From an uncultured archaeon (GTDB lineage Archaea; Asgardarchaeota; Thorarchaeia; Thorarchaeales; Thorarchaeaceae): 64,000 bases of DNA. The notes under the pieces were generated by a model. That model saw only the letters and a program-made list of their open reading frames with translations, ran no database searches and was not told the origin of the DNA. Of the stretch, positions 28,524 to 37,774 are shown piece after piece. Made by a program: the position numbers and the translations under genes. Every line of letters begins with the position of its first letter. Position 1 is the stretch's first letter. Where the stretch lies: NCBI GenBank assembly GCA_964610875.1, contig CAZSWP010000008.1:1-64000 (forward strand). Direction: 5' to 3'.

Positions 28524-29981
28524 ATGAGGGACCTAGTAGAGCTCGCTCTAGAAGAATGTGTAAAGCATGGTGCGACTTATTCTGATATGCGAATCGTAAC
28601 TATTCGTGATGAGGATATCTCCATCAAATCAGGAAATATTGAGACGATGCAACTCGGCCAAGAAGTGGGATTTGGGATTCGATGTATAGCAGATGGCGGC
28701 TGGGGCTTTGCAGGCTCATTTGATATTGCAAAATATGAAATTAAACGCGTTGCAGAACTTGCAGTTAGAATAGGCAAAGCTTCTGGTTCAACTCGTAAGC
28801 AACCTATTGAACTAGTTGATGAAAAGGCAATTGAGGATTCATACAGCACGAAGTTCAAGAAGGATCCCTTCAAAGTTCCTGCAGAGGAGAAGCTCGAAGT
28901 ATTGGTGGAGGCCGATAAAAGACTTCGAGAGTATGATAATGCAATCAAAGTAACAACTGCTGATTATCATGGTCATTCTGAGGAAAAAATATTCAGTAGT
29001 TCTGAAGGTGCGTATATCACTCAGAAAATCATCTGGTGTGGAGGTGGATTTTCCTGCCTTGCTGCATCGGCAGGATCTCGTCCACAAAGAAGGTCATATC
29101 CAGGGTCCTTTCGTGGAGATTTCTCCACCAGTGGATATGAGTTCTTTGAATCACGAGAGATTCTTGAAAATGTGGATCGAATTGCCTCAGAAGCAATAGA
29201 TCTCACGAAAGCAAAACAATGCCCCTCTGAAAAGACTACGCTATTAATTGATGGTCACCAGTTGATGTTACAGATCCATGAGAGTTGTGGTCATCCAACT
29301 GAATTAGATAGAGTCCTAGGAACAGAGGCAGCATATGCTGGTACTAGTTTCATGACCACTGACAAGCTCGATAAACTCAAGTATGGAAGCAAAGATGTTA
29401 CACTTGTTGCTGATTCCACATTAGAAGGTGGTCTTGGTACTTTTGGGTACGATGACGAAGGTGTCAAGGCAAAACGTGTTGAACTCGTTAAGAATGGTCT
29501 CTTCGTTGGATATCAGAGTTCCCGGGAGACTGCAGCACTTATTGGTCTCTCTAAGAGTTCTGGTGGGATGCGAGCAGATAGCCCACAAAAACTCCCTCTA
29601 ATACGAATGGTGAATATCAACCTTGAACCCACTGATTGGAAACGTGATGACATAATTGCTGACACAAAGAAAGGTATTCTCATGTCTACAAACAAGAGCT
29701 GGAGTATTGATGATAAACGTTTGAACTTCCAATTTGGGACAGAGATTGCTTGGGAGATTGTGGATGGGGAAATTGGTAAGATTCTCAAGAATCCTACATA
29801 TACGGGAATTACACCTGAGTTTTGGGGAGGTATGGATGCATCCTCAAAGGACGATTGGAGATTGTGGGGAACACCGAATTGTGGGAAGGGACAGCCTGGA
29901 CAAGTGATGTATGTTGGACATGGATGTGGAACTGCTAGGTTCCAGAATGTACGAGTTGGAATAATGAAGGAGGGCAATTAA
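28524..29981 (+). CDS. tldD: TldD family metalloprotease subunit
   Basis: GFGIR, HESCGHPTELDR (HExxGH), YDDEG, RM.NI, NCGKGQP. Confidence 0.93.
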   Translation: MRDLVELALEECVKHGATYSDMRIVTIRDEDISIKSGNIETMQLGQEVGFGIRCIADGGWGFAGSFDIAKYEIKRVAELAVRIGKASGSTRKQPIELVDEKAIEDSYSTKFKKDPFKVPAEEKLEVLVEADKRLREYDNAIKVTTADYHGHSEEKIFSSSEGAYITQKIIWCGGGFSCLAASAGSRPQRRSYPGSFRGDFSTSGYEFFESREILENVDRIASEAIDLTKAKQCPSEKTTLLIDGHQLMLQIHESCGHPTELDRVLGTEAAYAGTSFMTTDKLDKLKYGSKDVTLVADSTLEGGLGTFGYDDEGVKAKRVELVKNGLFVGYQSSRETAALIGLSKSSGGMRADSPQKLPLIRMVNINLEPTDWKRDDIIADTKKGILMSTNKSWSIDDKRLNFQFGTEIAWEIVDGEIGKILKNPTYTGITPEFWGGMDASSKDDWRLWGTPNCGKGQPGQVMYVGHGCGTARFQNVRVGIMKEGN

Positions 29982-29982
29982 G

Positions 29983-31365
29983 ATGAAATCACAAAGAGAG
30001 ATATTGCTAGAAAAAGCTAAACTGGTCATCAAGGAAGCTGAGAAAGCGGGTGCCACTCAAACACAAGCCAGTGTGAAACTCATTGACCTCAAACTAACAA
30101 GACTAGCAAATAGCATCATTGATCAAAACGTTGCAGAACGTCATGCAAAAGTCAAAGCTATTTTGTATTTTGGACAACAGAAAGGTTCTGTTGAGTATGA
30201 AGTCTTTCAAGATACTGAAATCAGAAACCTCGTTCAGATGGCTGCAAAGATTGCCAAGATTTCCCCAAAGAACGCAGACTTTGAGTCCCTACCAACACCA
30301 AAGCCTTACTCATCTCAGCTAGATGCTAGTGTTCTGACTAGCAAGAACACATTGAATGTGACTCCTGAAATGCGGGCTGAGGCTGCTTTAGAAGCAATCA
30401 AATCAGCACATAATGTCGATGATAGAATATCTGCGGTTGCTGGGGCAATATATCATTCAACTACTGAACATGTGATTTGTAATTCATTAGGAATCGAAGC
30501 TTACGAAATGCGTACCAGTAGCGAGATAGAGATAACAACCCTTGCAACTGATGGGAGTGAAGAAACGGCAGGATGGGCTTGTGATTCAAGCAGAGATTTC
30601 AATGATTTGAAAATATCTGATGTAGCAAGAGTAGCAGCTGAAAAGGCTGCAAATGGATTTGGAATGAAAGATCTAGAACCTGGAGAATATGAAGTAGTTC
30701 TTGAACCAGCTGCTGTAGCAGGTCTTATGCTCTATATCAGTTATACTGCCTTTGGAGCTAAACAGTATCAGGAATACATGAGTTTTCTCCGTGATCGTCT
30801 TGGAGAGAAAATGTTCTCTGAAAAACTCTCTATGTATGATAATGCACTTGATACGAGATTGGTTCATGCTTCCCGGTTTGATGAAGAGGGCGTTCCCCAT
30901 CAAAAAGTGGATTTGATAGTGGATGGAGTAGTTATGGGACTTGTCTACGATTCATTAACAGCAACTAAGGACGGTGTTGAAAGCACAGGAAATCACGCTC
31001 AGGTCTGGGGTCCGCCAAGACCAATGGCCAGACACTTGATTGTAAATAGTGGTAATTCATCAGTTGATGAAATGATTGAAGAAACTGAGAAGGGTGTGCT
31101 TGTAACGCATTTCCATTACATGAACCCTGTAAACCCAACTGAAGGAGTCTATACAGGATTGACAAGAGATGGTGCATGGTATATAGAAAATGGGGAAATC
31201 CAATATCCATTAAGGACATTGAGATTCACTGATGCTGCTCCTAGATTCTTCAATGAAATCGATATCATTGGTGAATATCCGGAATTTAGAAGTCAACCAC
31301 CATTTGGCTTGATGCCTTCGATGAAACTGCCTTCATTCAGATTCTCAGGTTCAAGCAAACATTAA
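29983..31365 (+). CDS. pmbA: TldE/PmbA family protein
   Basis: TRLANS, PGEYEVVLEPAAV, FDEEG, STGNH, TGLTRDG; lacks HExxH; adjacent to tldD. Confidence 0.9.
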   Translation: MKSQREILLEKAKLVIKEAEKAGATQTQASVKLIDLKLTRLANSIIDQNVAERHAKVKAILYFGQQKGSVEYEVFQDTEIRNLVQMAAKIAKISPKNADFESLPTPKPYSSQLDASVLTSKNTLNVTPEMRAEAALEAIKSAHNVDDRISAVAGAIYHSTTEHVICNSLGIEAYEMRTSSEIEITTLATDGSEETAGWACDSSRDFNDLKISDVARVAAEKAANGFGMKDLEPGEYEVVLEPAAVAGLMLYISYTAFGAKQYQEYMSFLRDRLGEKMFSEKLSMYDNALDTRLVHASRFDEEGVPHQKVDLIVDGVVMGLVYDSLTATKDGVESTGNHAQVWGPPRPMARHLIVNSGNSSVDEMIEETEKGVLVTHFHYMNPVNPTEGVYTGLTRDGAWYIENGEIQYPLRTLRFTDAAPRFFNEIDIIGEYPEFRSQPPFGLMPSMKLPSFRFSGSSKH

Positions 31366-31490
31366 TCGAACCGAATCACAAGAAACATGTACCGTCGAGT
31401 GTGATCAGGAAGGTCAGCAATAGCAGCACAGACCAGAAACCTCTTACTCACATCGATTCCGCAATATTTTAGTGGTTTCTTCACAGTCAT
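31362..31490 (-). pseudogene. Truncated IS110-family transposase N-terminus (42 aa)
   Basis: Not in the ORF track. GAGGGT then MTVKKPLKYCGIDVSKRFLVCAAI..., matching the IS110 RuvC-like first motif GIDxxK; stop after 42 codons. Confidence 0.65.
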
Positions 31491-31511
31491 ACTAATGACC
31501 CTCGGTTCGTT

Positions 31512-31669
31512 AGGACTGTGGACGATCGGGAGTGACAATTTTCAATACGTGCTCAAGGACACAGGTAGATTACTTCGTCGGGTCGTCCAGGGTCATTTTG
31601 TCCACCATCATCATGGTGATAAATCTAGACTCGACCCGCATAGTCCTGTACCATTCAGACTCTGGTACA
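31512..31669 (+). ncRNA. Bridge/seek-RNA-like structure next to the IS110 remnant
   Basis: 9-bp closing stem 31512-31520/31639-31647 enclosing two arms, each with a large internal loop and a capping hairpin; extra hairpin 31647-31668. Confidence 0.5.
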
Positions 31670-31890
31670 CTCTCATATCTTTTGTCTAGCTTACAATGAA
31701 TGGTCCTAACTAAAACATGGACACCTTCTGTAGGACCAACAGAAGGTTTTCTGCATTGCCAATGCCCTCCGGAACTAATCTGCTTGGTTTCTTAATCTCA
31801 TATCTCTGTTCGATTACTGTATACTCTTTTCGATTATCTCGATTACATCATACTTGGAAAGATATGTAACCAATGTGTCTGCTGTTGACT

Positions 31891-32358
31891 TTAAGAACAA
31901 TCAATTTTATCGACTTCACCTTGGCAAATCTTCTTGTCTTGGTCATCCTTTACTGCATCAGTTGCTTTCTGTGCAAGTTGTTTGTATTTCTTACATGATT
32001 CGGAATCACCATTTGCTGCATGAGCTTTGGCAAGAACTTCGTAAGCGAAAGCCAGGTCGAAATCTCCAATTCCTGTTTTTTCAGTGATTTTCAAACAGAG
32101 TTCGGCATGATGGGCCGCTCTTGATCCTTCACCCATTGCACTATATACTCTAGCTATCATATATTCTGCTCTTGCTATATTAATTGGTTCACCTATCTTT
32201 GACCAATGATAGTGAGAGGTATGTGCCATATGCAAGGCTTGATCCAATTCATCTTGACTAGGACTGTCTTTATCCAACGTGGGCCATACACTGTTGTTTG
32301 TCTGAATGGCTATTTTCTTGTGGAACTCATCTAGAGTCATCTTTTCAGCATTTGACAT
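31891..32358 (-). CDS. Conserved helical (TPR-like) hypothetical protein
   Basis: FH...A...NN.VW, AH.S.YHW, AEY.IARVY, DFDLAFAYE.LA.A. Confidence 0.8.
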   Translation of the reverse strand: MSNAEKMTLDEFHKKIAIQTNNSVWPTLDKDSPSQDELDQALHMAHTSHYHWSKIGEPINIARAEYMIARVYSAMGEGSRAAHHAELCLKITEKTGIGDFDLAFAYEVLAKAHAANGDSESCKKYKQLAQKATDAVKDDQDKKICQGEVDKIDCS

Positions 32359-32482
32359 TTAAACCACTTATTTTAACCATTGTTAAACACATGATAAAAA
32401 TTTGCCTGTCATGCAGCAGACATCTGATATTAGAAGTAAATGACGTCAACTAGTTTTGCGGGATAGGAGCTATCTGCTAGCT

Positions 32483-32842
32483 CTAATATCCCCATTCCTG
32501 CCCAAGTCTTTGACGATACCATCTCTGACCTCGTTTAGTCAAAGAATACTCGCTCATCATCTCTTGGATTAATCCCATATCGATCATGCTTTGGATAACG
32601 TTGTAGAGCTTGTCGTCTGAGGCGCCTGTTGCACTTTTCAATCGCTGAAAGCTCATTTTTCCGTCACGTTTGATAGCTTGTGCTATCTCGAATTTTCCAA
32701 CAGCTTTGGTTTCTTCCCTAACAATGATGTGTCCGCAGTTGGTGCAGAGCAAGTCGCCTTTCATATCGTCTCTGGCAACTTCTTTCCCACCGCAGACAGG
32801 GCAGGTCGTCTTTGAAAATCTTAGTGAACGTCTGTGTGACAT
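32483..32842 (-). CDS. TFIIB-type Zn ribbon + winged-helix protein
   Basis: CPVCG...DDMKGDLLCTNCGHI followed by a wHTH ending GLI...YSLTKRG. Confidence 0.8.
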   Translation of the reverse strand: MSHRRSLRFSKTTCPVCGGKEVARDDMKGDLLCTNCGHIIVREETKAVGKFEIAQAIKRDGKMSFQRLKSATGASDDKLYNVIQSMIDMGLIQEMMSEYSLTKRGQRWYRQRLGQEWGY

Positions 32843-32913
32843 GACAACCATATGGTCCAGAAATATGGTCTTGATAAAGATAACGAAGGTGTACCTTTTT
32901 TATATGTGAAAAA

Positions 32914-33417
32914 CTACTGTTCACCAGATAGTCTTCTAAAGAATCGTTCATAATCCACTTCAAATGAAACACGAGCACCGGGTTGCACTTGATCTGATTT
33001 ACGGTCGTACTCTACATATCCCATATCTCGTAACTCTCGAATGTCATCCAATACACTTCTTCTACTCTTTCTTCTAAACTCACGTACTCTATTAACACTC
33101 ACTGCTTTGCCTTCTTGATATACAAGTGTGATGATAATCAGGAGTGTTGCTGCTAATCTATCAGGAAGTTGTGTATCTTCAATTACATCATCAAGCTTTG
33201 AGTGCGTATCAAGATGAAATACTTTTGAAACTGGATTGAATCGAACTTTCAGTCCAATAGGTTCAAGTTTTTTCTCCAATTCTCCAAGACGCTTGAATAG
33301 AACATGTTTACCAACATCATCGGGTAGTCCCAATGCATCCAACATGTCTTCTACTCCAGCTCCGATTGGATTTCCGGACTGAGTCAATAATCGGAGAAGA
33401 ATTGCGTATTCGTTCAT
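32914..33417 (-). CDS. KITE (ScpB/Nse1/Nse3-like) tandem winged-helix subunit
   Basis: Two WH-like halves (LEKKLEPIGLKV; LAATLLII...IRELRDMGYVE); downstream of smc and the kleisin gene on the same strand. Confidence 0.65.
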   Translation of the reverse strand: MNEYAILLRLLTQSGNPIGAGVEDMLDALGLPDDVGKHVLFKRLGELEKKLEPIGLKVRFNPVSKVFHLDTHSKLDDVIEDTQLPDRLAATLLIIITLVYQEGKAVSVNRVREFRRKSRRSVLDDIRELRDMGYVEYDRKSDQVQPGARVSFEVDYERFFRRLSGEQ

Positions 33418-33591
33418 TCCTTGCTCTTTCCTCTTTTCTTCCCTGTACAGAGAGTAAATTAAACTAGTGGATTATTGACGCACTACTGAAATGCCTACCC
33501 AGATAGTAACAATTTGTGACCTACTTGTGTGACCCCATATCGTGGCTTTGCATTATATACTAATTCTGAGTGTTATGTATTGTGAACAAAA

Positions 33592-33702
33592 ATGGCACTA
33601 GCAAGCAACTCACGAAATCGGGACGCAAGCAAGAAGATTGATGCAAAAGTGGTTCCCTCCACAAGAGCAATCGTTTACGCTTACACTACTATTAATAGAT
33701 GA
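33592..33702 (+). CDS. Candidate 36-aa small protein
   Basis: TTATATA at 33553; GTGAACAAAAATG start context identical to hppA; MALASNSRNRDASKKIDAKVVPSTRAIVYAYTTINR; strong hairpin after the stop. Confidence 0.4.
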   Translation: MALASNSRNRDASKKIDAKVVPSTRAIVYAYTTINR

Positions 33703-33740
33703 GGTTGAGAGAATGAGTAATTCTCATCTCAACCTATCTA
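33696..33740. terminator. Long inverted repeat between the small ORF and the kleisin stop
   Basis: TAGAT-G-AGGTTGAGA ... TCTCAACCT-ATCTA with inner TGAG/CTCA; T-run follows on the + strand. Confidence 0.55.
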
Positions 33741-34376
33741 TCTCTTTTTTCTAACAGTTTTTTTTTCAGGATTAAATGTCAAGACTCCTTTTGATATCAG
33801 AATCACAACATAAAGGAAAAATTTTAGGAATTCATCAAAGTCCTCACTTGAAGTCAAATCTACAAGTAGAACGTCTTTATCCAGTGGAATCCGATCCGCA
33901 AATTCTGTGAGGTCCGCTTCAAATACTGATTCTTCCGTTTCAAATAGAAATCCACTGACATCGGAAAGTGTAGGTGGTGGACTGTCATCATCATCTTCAG
34001 CTGTCATTGCCTCTATGTGTTCCAATACCCTTGTGTTTGCTTCTGATAACGAATCGTATTCCAATCTTCCAAGCACTATTGGATGATTATATGCAATCAT
34101 CTTCGAAAGCTGCCGAATGTCCTTCTCTTTGATTTTTTCGACATATATTTCTGGTGAGGCTAAAATCCTAGCCAGTTCTTGAGCTCTGCTGACCTTGGTT
34201 TCAAGTACTTCGTTTAGCATTTGATCTAAATCGATTCGTGTCTTTATCTTACTACGAATAGCTCGTAGTTCTTGATATGCATCTAGAAGCCTGATGTCAA
34301 GTGGGTCAACTTCACCTGATTCAATTTGAGTGACGATATCCTTGACCAGTTTTGTGACTTGTCTTGATGTAGACAA
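33738..34376 (-). CDS. Kleisin (ScpA-like) subunit
   Basis: SGEVDPLDIRL resembles the ScpA IDPWDID motif; C-terminal WH with F..FL.VVILISKG; TTG start just after the smc stop, with GAGGTG. Confidence 0.7.
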   Translation of the reverse strand: MSTSRQVTKLVKDIVTQIESGEVDPLDIRLLDAYQELRAIRSKIKTRIDLDQMLNEVLETKVSRAQELARILASPEIYVEKIKEKDIRQLSKMIAYNHPIVLGRLEYDSLSEANTRVLEHIEAMTAEDDDDSPPPTLSDVSGFLFETEESVFEADLTEFADRIPLDKDVLLVDLTSSEDFDEFLKFFLYVVILISKGVLTFNPEKKTVRKKR

Positions 34377-34380
34377 AATT

Positions 34381-37300
34381 CTAGACCCCCACCTCGCCCG
34401 CAAATCGTGGGCTCTCGATGATGACCGACGGGTCTGTTCCTCCAGGAGATACTACACCAAGGCGCTTGTCAGCATGCTTCAGTAGATGTGTACTCTTTGC
34501 TGGGGTAAATAGAATGAATTGACTTCTCCTAGAAGAATCATGAAGAAGACGACTCACTATCTCTGTATTTGTTGCGTCTAGAAATGTATCGATTTCGTCC
34601 ATTGCATAGACGGGGGCTGGATTATGTCTTTGTAATGCGAGAATAAGACCAATTGCAATTAAAGACCTCTCGCCTCCAGAACCCGAGCTGATACTCTTGT
34701 ACTCTTCACTTTTTATCTTCGATTTGAACTCCACACCGTATTCTTGGCTGAACATAGAGAGTTCAAATCTCACGGTGCCTACAAATCCAACATTGTTCAG
34801 GATGTTGTTTACTTCATTCTCAATTCCACGGAGGGTTTCGTTCATCCCATTGTGGTATTGATCTTTGATATTTGTCAGGGTTTCTTCAGCTTCAACTAAC
34901 TCTTCTCCAATCTCAGAGATCTTGATACTTAGGGAGTCCATTCTTGATTTGAGTTGGTCTTCAGTATGAGCTACCGTTTCCGAAACATCTTGATAATCAT
35001 CAAGTAATGTCTTTACTCTCAGTAGTGCTTCCCTGACCTTCTCGATAGGGCGCAGTTGATTCGGTCTAGTTTTACCAGTGAGTCGTTGTTGTGATTCCTC
35101 AAGTTCTTGTTGATAATTACTCAACTGTCGTTTAGACTGCATCAAATGGAGTCTGTCTGTTTTTGCTTGTACGTTTAATTCAAGTAATTCTTCGTTTAGT
35201 GTCCGTATTGCCGTTGCTAATTCGATTTGCTGCTTTCGTAGATTATCAATTTGTGAGTCAATCTTATCTTTTCCATCTCTTAGTTCTTCAATTGTCTGCA
35301 CGATAATGGACCCTTCACTCTTAGACGATTTGATTTCTTCTCGAAGCTCAGTAAGACTCGAACCTAATACGTCAATTGATCCATTGCATTGTTTCAACTC
35401 TTGTCTCCATAAGCTCTCATTTCTATCAGTTTCATGAAGTTTTGATAATGTGTCATTGAGTTCTTGCTGGACTCTTCTTTGCTTCATTTTGATAGCTGAC
35501 TTCTGACCAACAAGTCTACTTCTCTCAGGAGGTTGACTGCTGTCAAGTTTTCTCAATTCACGTTCAGCCTTTCCAAGCTTCTCTTGTAGCTTCTTGAGTT
35601 CATCATCGAGTGTAAAAATCCTCTCTTGGTCTGCTGGTATTGACTCGAGGAGTTTCTTTCTCCGTTCCCAAGTGCCACTCCATCGCGTTAGTTGTCCCAA
35701 AAGCTCCATTACTTGCTCTCTTTCTTCAGTTGCCTTTTCTAGCTTTGACATTATTGAAGTGATTTCTTTTCGGGTAGAAGCAAGCTCAGTTTCTGCAGAA
35801 GTAAGACGTTTTTGTATTGGTGCTGTTGAGATGATACCACTGGGTTTAGGTTTTGGTCTGCTGACAACTCTATGTTCATTGACCATTCTTACATATCCGT
35901 CTGTAGTTACGACACTTGCACCAAGTTTTTCCACAATGCGTTTTGCAGTTCTTTCATTTTCAACAAGAACGATTGGTCCTATTGCTTGATTTAGTTTCTC
36001 CTTTAGTTCATCATCAAGTTCCAACTCATCCCAAAGCCATCCTCTGACTCCTTTCCATTCTGGAAGATTTGGCATTCCTACTTGTTTGTTAGTTATGTGA
36101 AGAATTGGTGAAGGAGCATCAATATTCTCTCTTAGTTTTTCAAGCAATGCATATTCTACTGGGTCTTCTACAATGAAGGCATAAACCAGATTCTCAATCA
36201 AGACCGCCTCTAAAACCTGCGATAAATCTCCTCCTATCTGTAAGAGTTCGACAAGTGGTCCTTTCACAGATGTCAGAGAGTGCTCTTCAATTGCTTCTCT
36301 CAGAGACCTTACTTCTTCAGGTATCCTGTGTGCAGTTTCGCTAAGTTTGAGTCGAAGATCGTCAATCTCCTTCTGTAGTTGTGAAACTCTGGTGTTCTCT
36401 TGAAACCGTCTTTCATTCAAAGAAGCTATATCCCTCTCCAAATGTGCTTTCTGTAAAACTAAGTCTTTTTCATCGGTTGTTTCGAGCACAGACCAGACAT
36501 GACCCCATTTGTTCTCAATCGTTTCTAATTCTGCTTGATCATTTTGTACTTTCTCCTTTATACTCCGTAGGAGAAGGTCCTTTCCTCGAATATCGGTCTG
36601 GAGTGCGCGATATGTGCCATGTGCTTCAGCACGACGAGTATTCCATTCAGCAAATTCTGTCAGTTCTGCTTCTATCTTACTTAATTCATCTTCATTTTCG
36701 GCAATACTCTCTTCGAGACTCTTTTTCTTATCTTCAAAACGTTCCTTGGCAGTGACAGCATGTCGTAAATCGTCTGTTAGTTTCTTTTTCCTTCGTTCTT
36801 GTTTACTAACACGTTGTTGTAACTCTCCAAGCTCCACTGCGAGTTTCTTATCTTCTTCTTTTAGTTTTGAGAGTCGTCTCTCTTCTTCATCAATTCTCGC
36901 ATTTATTGATCCAAACTCATTCTGTAATCCTTCAAGTTCTTTCGAAATGTGGGACGAATCGGTTTCTTTGACACTGATTTGGTCTTCGAGAGTAGTCACT
37001 TTTTCAATTATTTCTCCAAGTCCAAGTTCTTTATCTTCCAGTTCTGCTTTTAGTGTATCAATTTTGCTTATGAGGTCCACTTCTGTAGCCCAGAGTAGTT
37101 CCTCTTCGATTTGCTGTTCTTCCCTTCTTAACTCACGTTTTCGTTTAAGTCGCGAAATATCATGTTGTAGCAATTCAAGCTCGCGTTCGACCATTGCAGC
37201 TTCGTTCGAAACTTCGATGAGTCGTTCTTTACTTGTTGAAACTCTAGATTCTTCCAATACTATGCGGTCCCTTACTACAGACAGCCCCGTTCCTTCTTCA

Positions 37301-37755
37301 ACCAGTTTTCTAATCTCTACAGGGTCTGTATCTCTTATTGCATTTATCCGCTCTTGTGGCATAAAGACCAACGGATTATCCACATCAAATCCTAGTTTGT
37401 CTACCATTGAATGGAGCTCTGCAGCTTTTACTCTTTTGCCGTCAATGTATGCCCTCGGTATTCCATCCCTACTTATTTTTCGGACGAAAGAAATCTTGCG
37501 TTGTCCGACATCTACTACGAGTTCTACTTCTGCAGAACTGGCACCATGTCTTACAAAATCACTCCATTTCGAATAGCGATTCTCTCGTTGATTAGAGCCT
37601 AAAGCAAACTTGATTGCGTGAAAGATAGATGTCTTTCCTGAACCATTGGGACCAAAGACCACTGTAAGACCTGGATCAAACTCTACCTTGCCATCATAGA
37701 AACTAAGGAAGTTCCTGAGTTTAACCGATGAGATTTCTACGTTAGAGTTTGGCAT
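34381..37755 (-). CDS. smc: SMC ATPase, Smc5/6-related type
   Basis: GPNGSGKTS, Q-loop DNPLVFMPQE, coiled coils, hinge (KGPL..LL...AFIVED), SGGERS, MDEIDTFLD, QFILFTP. Confidence 0.9.
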   Translation of the reverse strand: MPNSNVEISSVKLRNFLSFYDGKVEFDPGLTVVFGPNGSGKTSIFHAIKFALGSNQRENRYSKWSDFVRHGASSAEVELVVDVGQRKISFVRKISRDGIPRAYIDGKRVKAAELHSMVDKLGFDVDNPLVFMPQERINAIRDTDPVEIRKLVEEGTGLSVVRDRIVLEESRVSTSKERLIEVSNEAAMVERELELLQHDISRLKRKRELRREEQQIEEELLWATEVDLISKIDTLKAELEDKELGLGEIIEKVTTLEDQISVKETDSSHISKELEGLQNEFGSINARIDEEERRLSKLKEEDKKLAVELGELQQRVSKQERRKKKLTDDLRHAVTAKERFEDKKKSLEESIAENEDELSKIEAELTEFAEWNTRRAEAHGTYRALQTDIRGKDLLLRSIKEKVQNDQAELETIENKWGHVWSVLETTDEKDLVLQKAHLERDIASLNERRFQENTRVSQLQKEIDDLRLKLSETAHRIPEEVRSLREAIEEHSLTSVKGPLVELLQIGGDLSQVLEAVLIENLVYAFIVEDPVEYALLEKLRENIDAPSPILHITNKQVGMPNLPEWKGVRGWLWDELELDDELKEKLNQAIGPIVLVENERTAKRIVEKLGASVVTTDGYVRMVNEHRVVSRPKPKPSGIISTAPIQKRLTSAETELASTRKEITSIMSKLEKATEEREQVMELLGQLTRWSGTWERRKKLLESIPADQERIFTLDDELKKLQEKLGKAERELRKLDSSQPPERSRLVGQKSAIKMKQRRVQQELNDTLSKLHETDRNESLWRQELKQCNGSIDVLGSSLTELREEIKSSKSEGSIIVQTIEELRDGKDKIDSQIDNLRKQQIELATAIRTLNEELLELNVQAKTDRLHLMQSKRQLSNYQQELEESQQRLTGKTRPNQLRPIEKVREALLRVKTLLDDYQDVSETVAHTEDQLKSRMDSLSIKISEIGEELVEAEETLTNIKDQYHNGMNETLRGIENEVNNILNNVGFVGTVRFELSMFSQEYGVEFKSKIKSEEYKSISSGSGGERSLIAIGLILALQRHNPAPVYAMDEIDTFLDATNTEIVSRLLHDSSRRSQFILFTPAKSTHLLKHADKRLGVVSPGGTDPSVIIESPRFAGEVGV

Positions 37756-37774
37756 TCCAATATTCCTCAGTTTA

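Noticed and set aside
31495-31689. 64-aa + ORF with HHHH
   Set aside because: Coincides with the bridge-RNA-like fold; the His run comes from the CACCAT/ATGGTG hairpin.
36614-37576. 320-aa Ser-rich + strand ORF
   Set aside because: Antisense to the Glu/Lys-rich SMC coiled coil.
32914-37755. Canonical Wadjet (JetABCD) or Rad50/Mre11
   Set aside because: No Toprim nuclease or adjacent Mre11; the SMC has a globular hinge rather than a CxxC hook.
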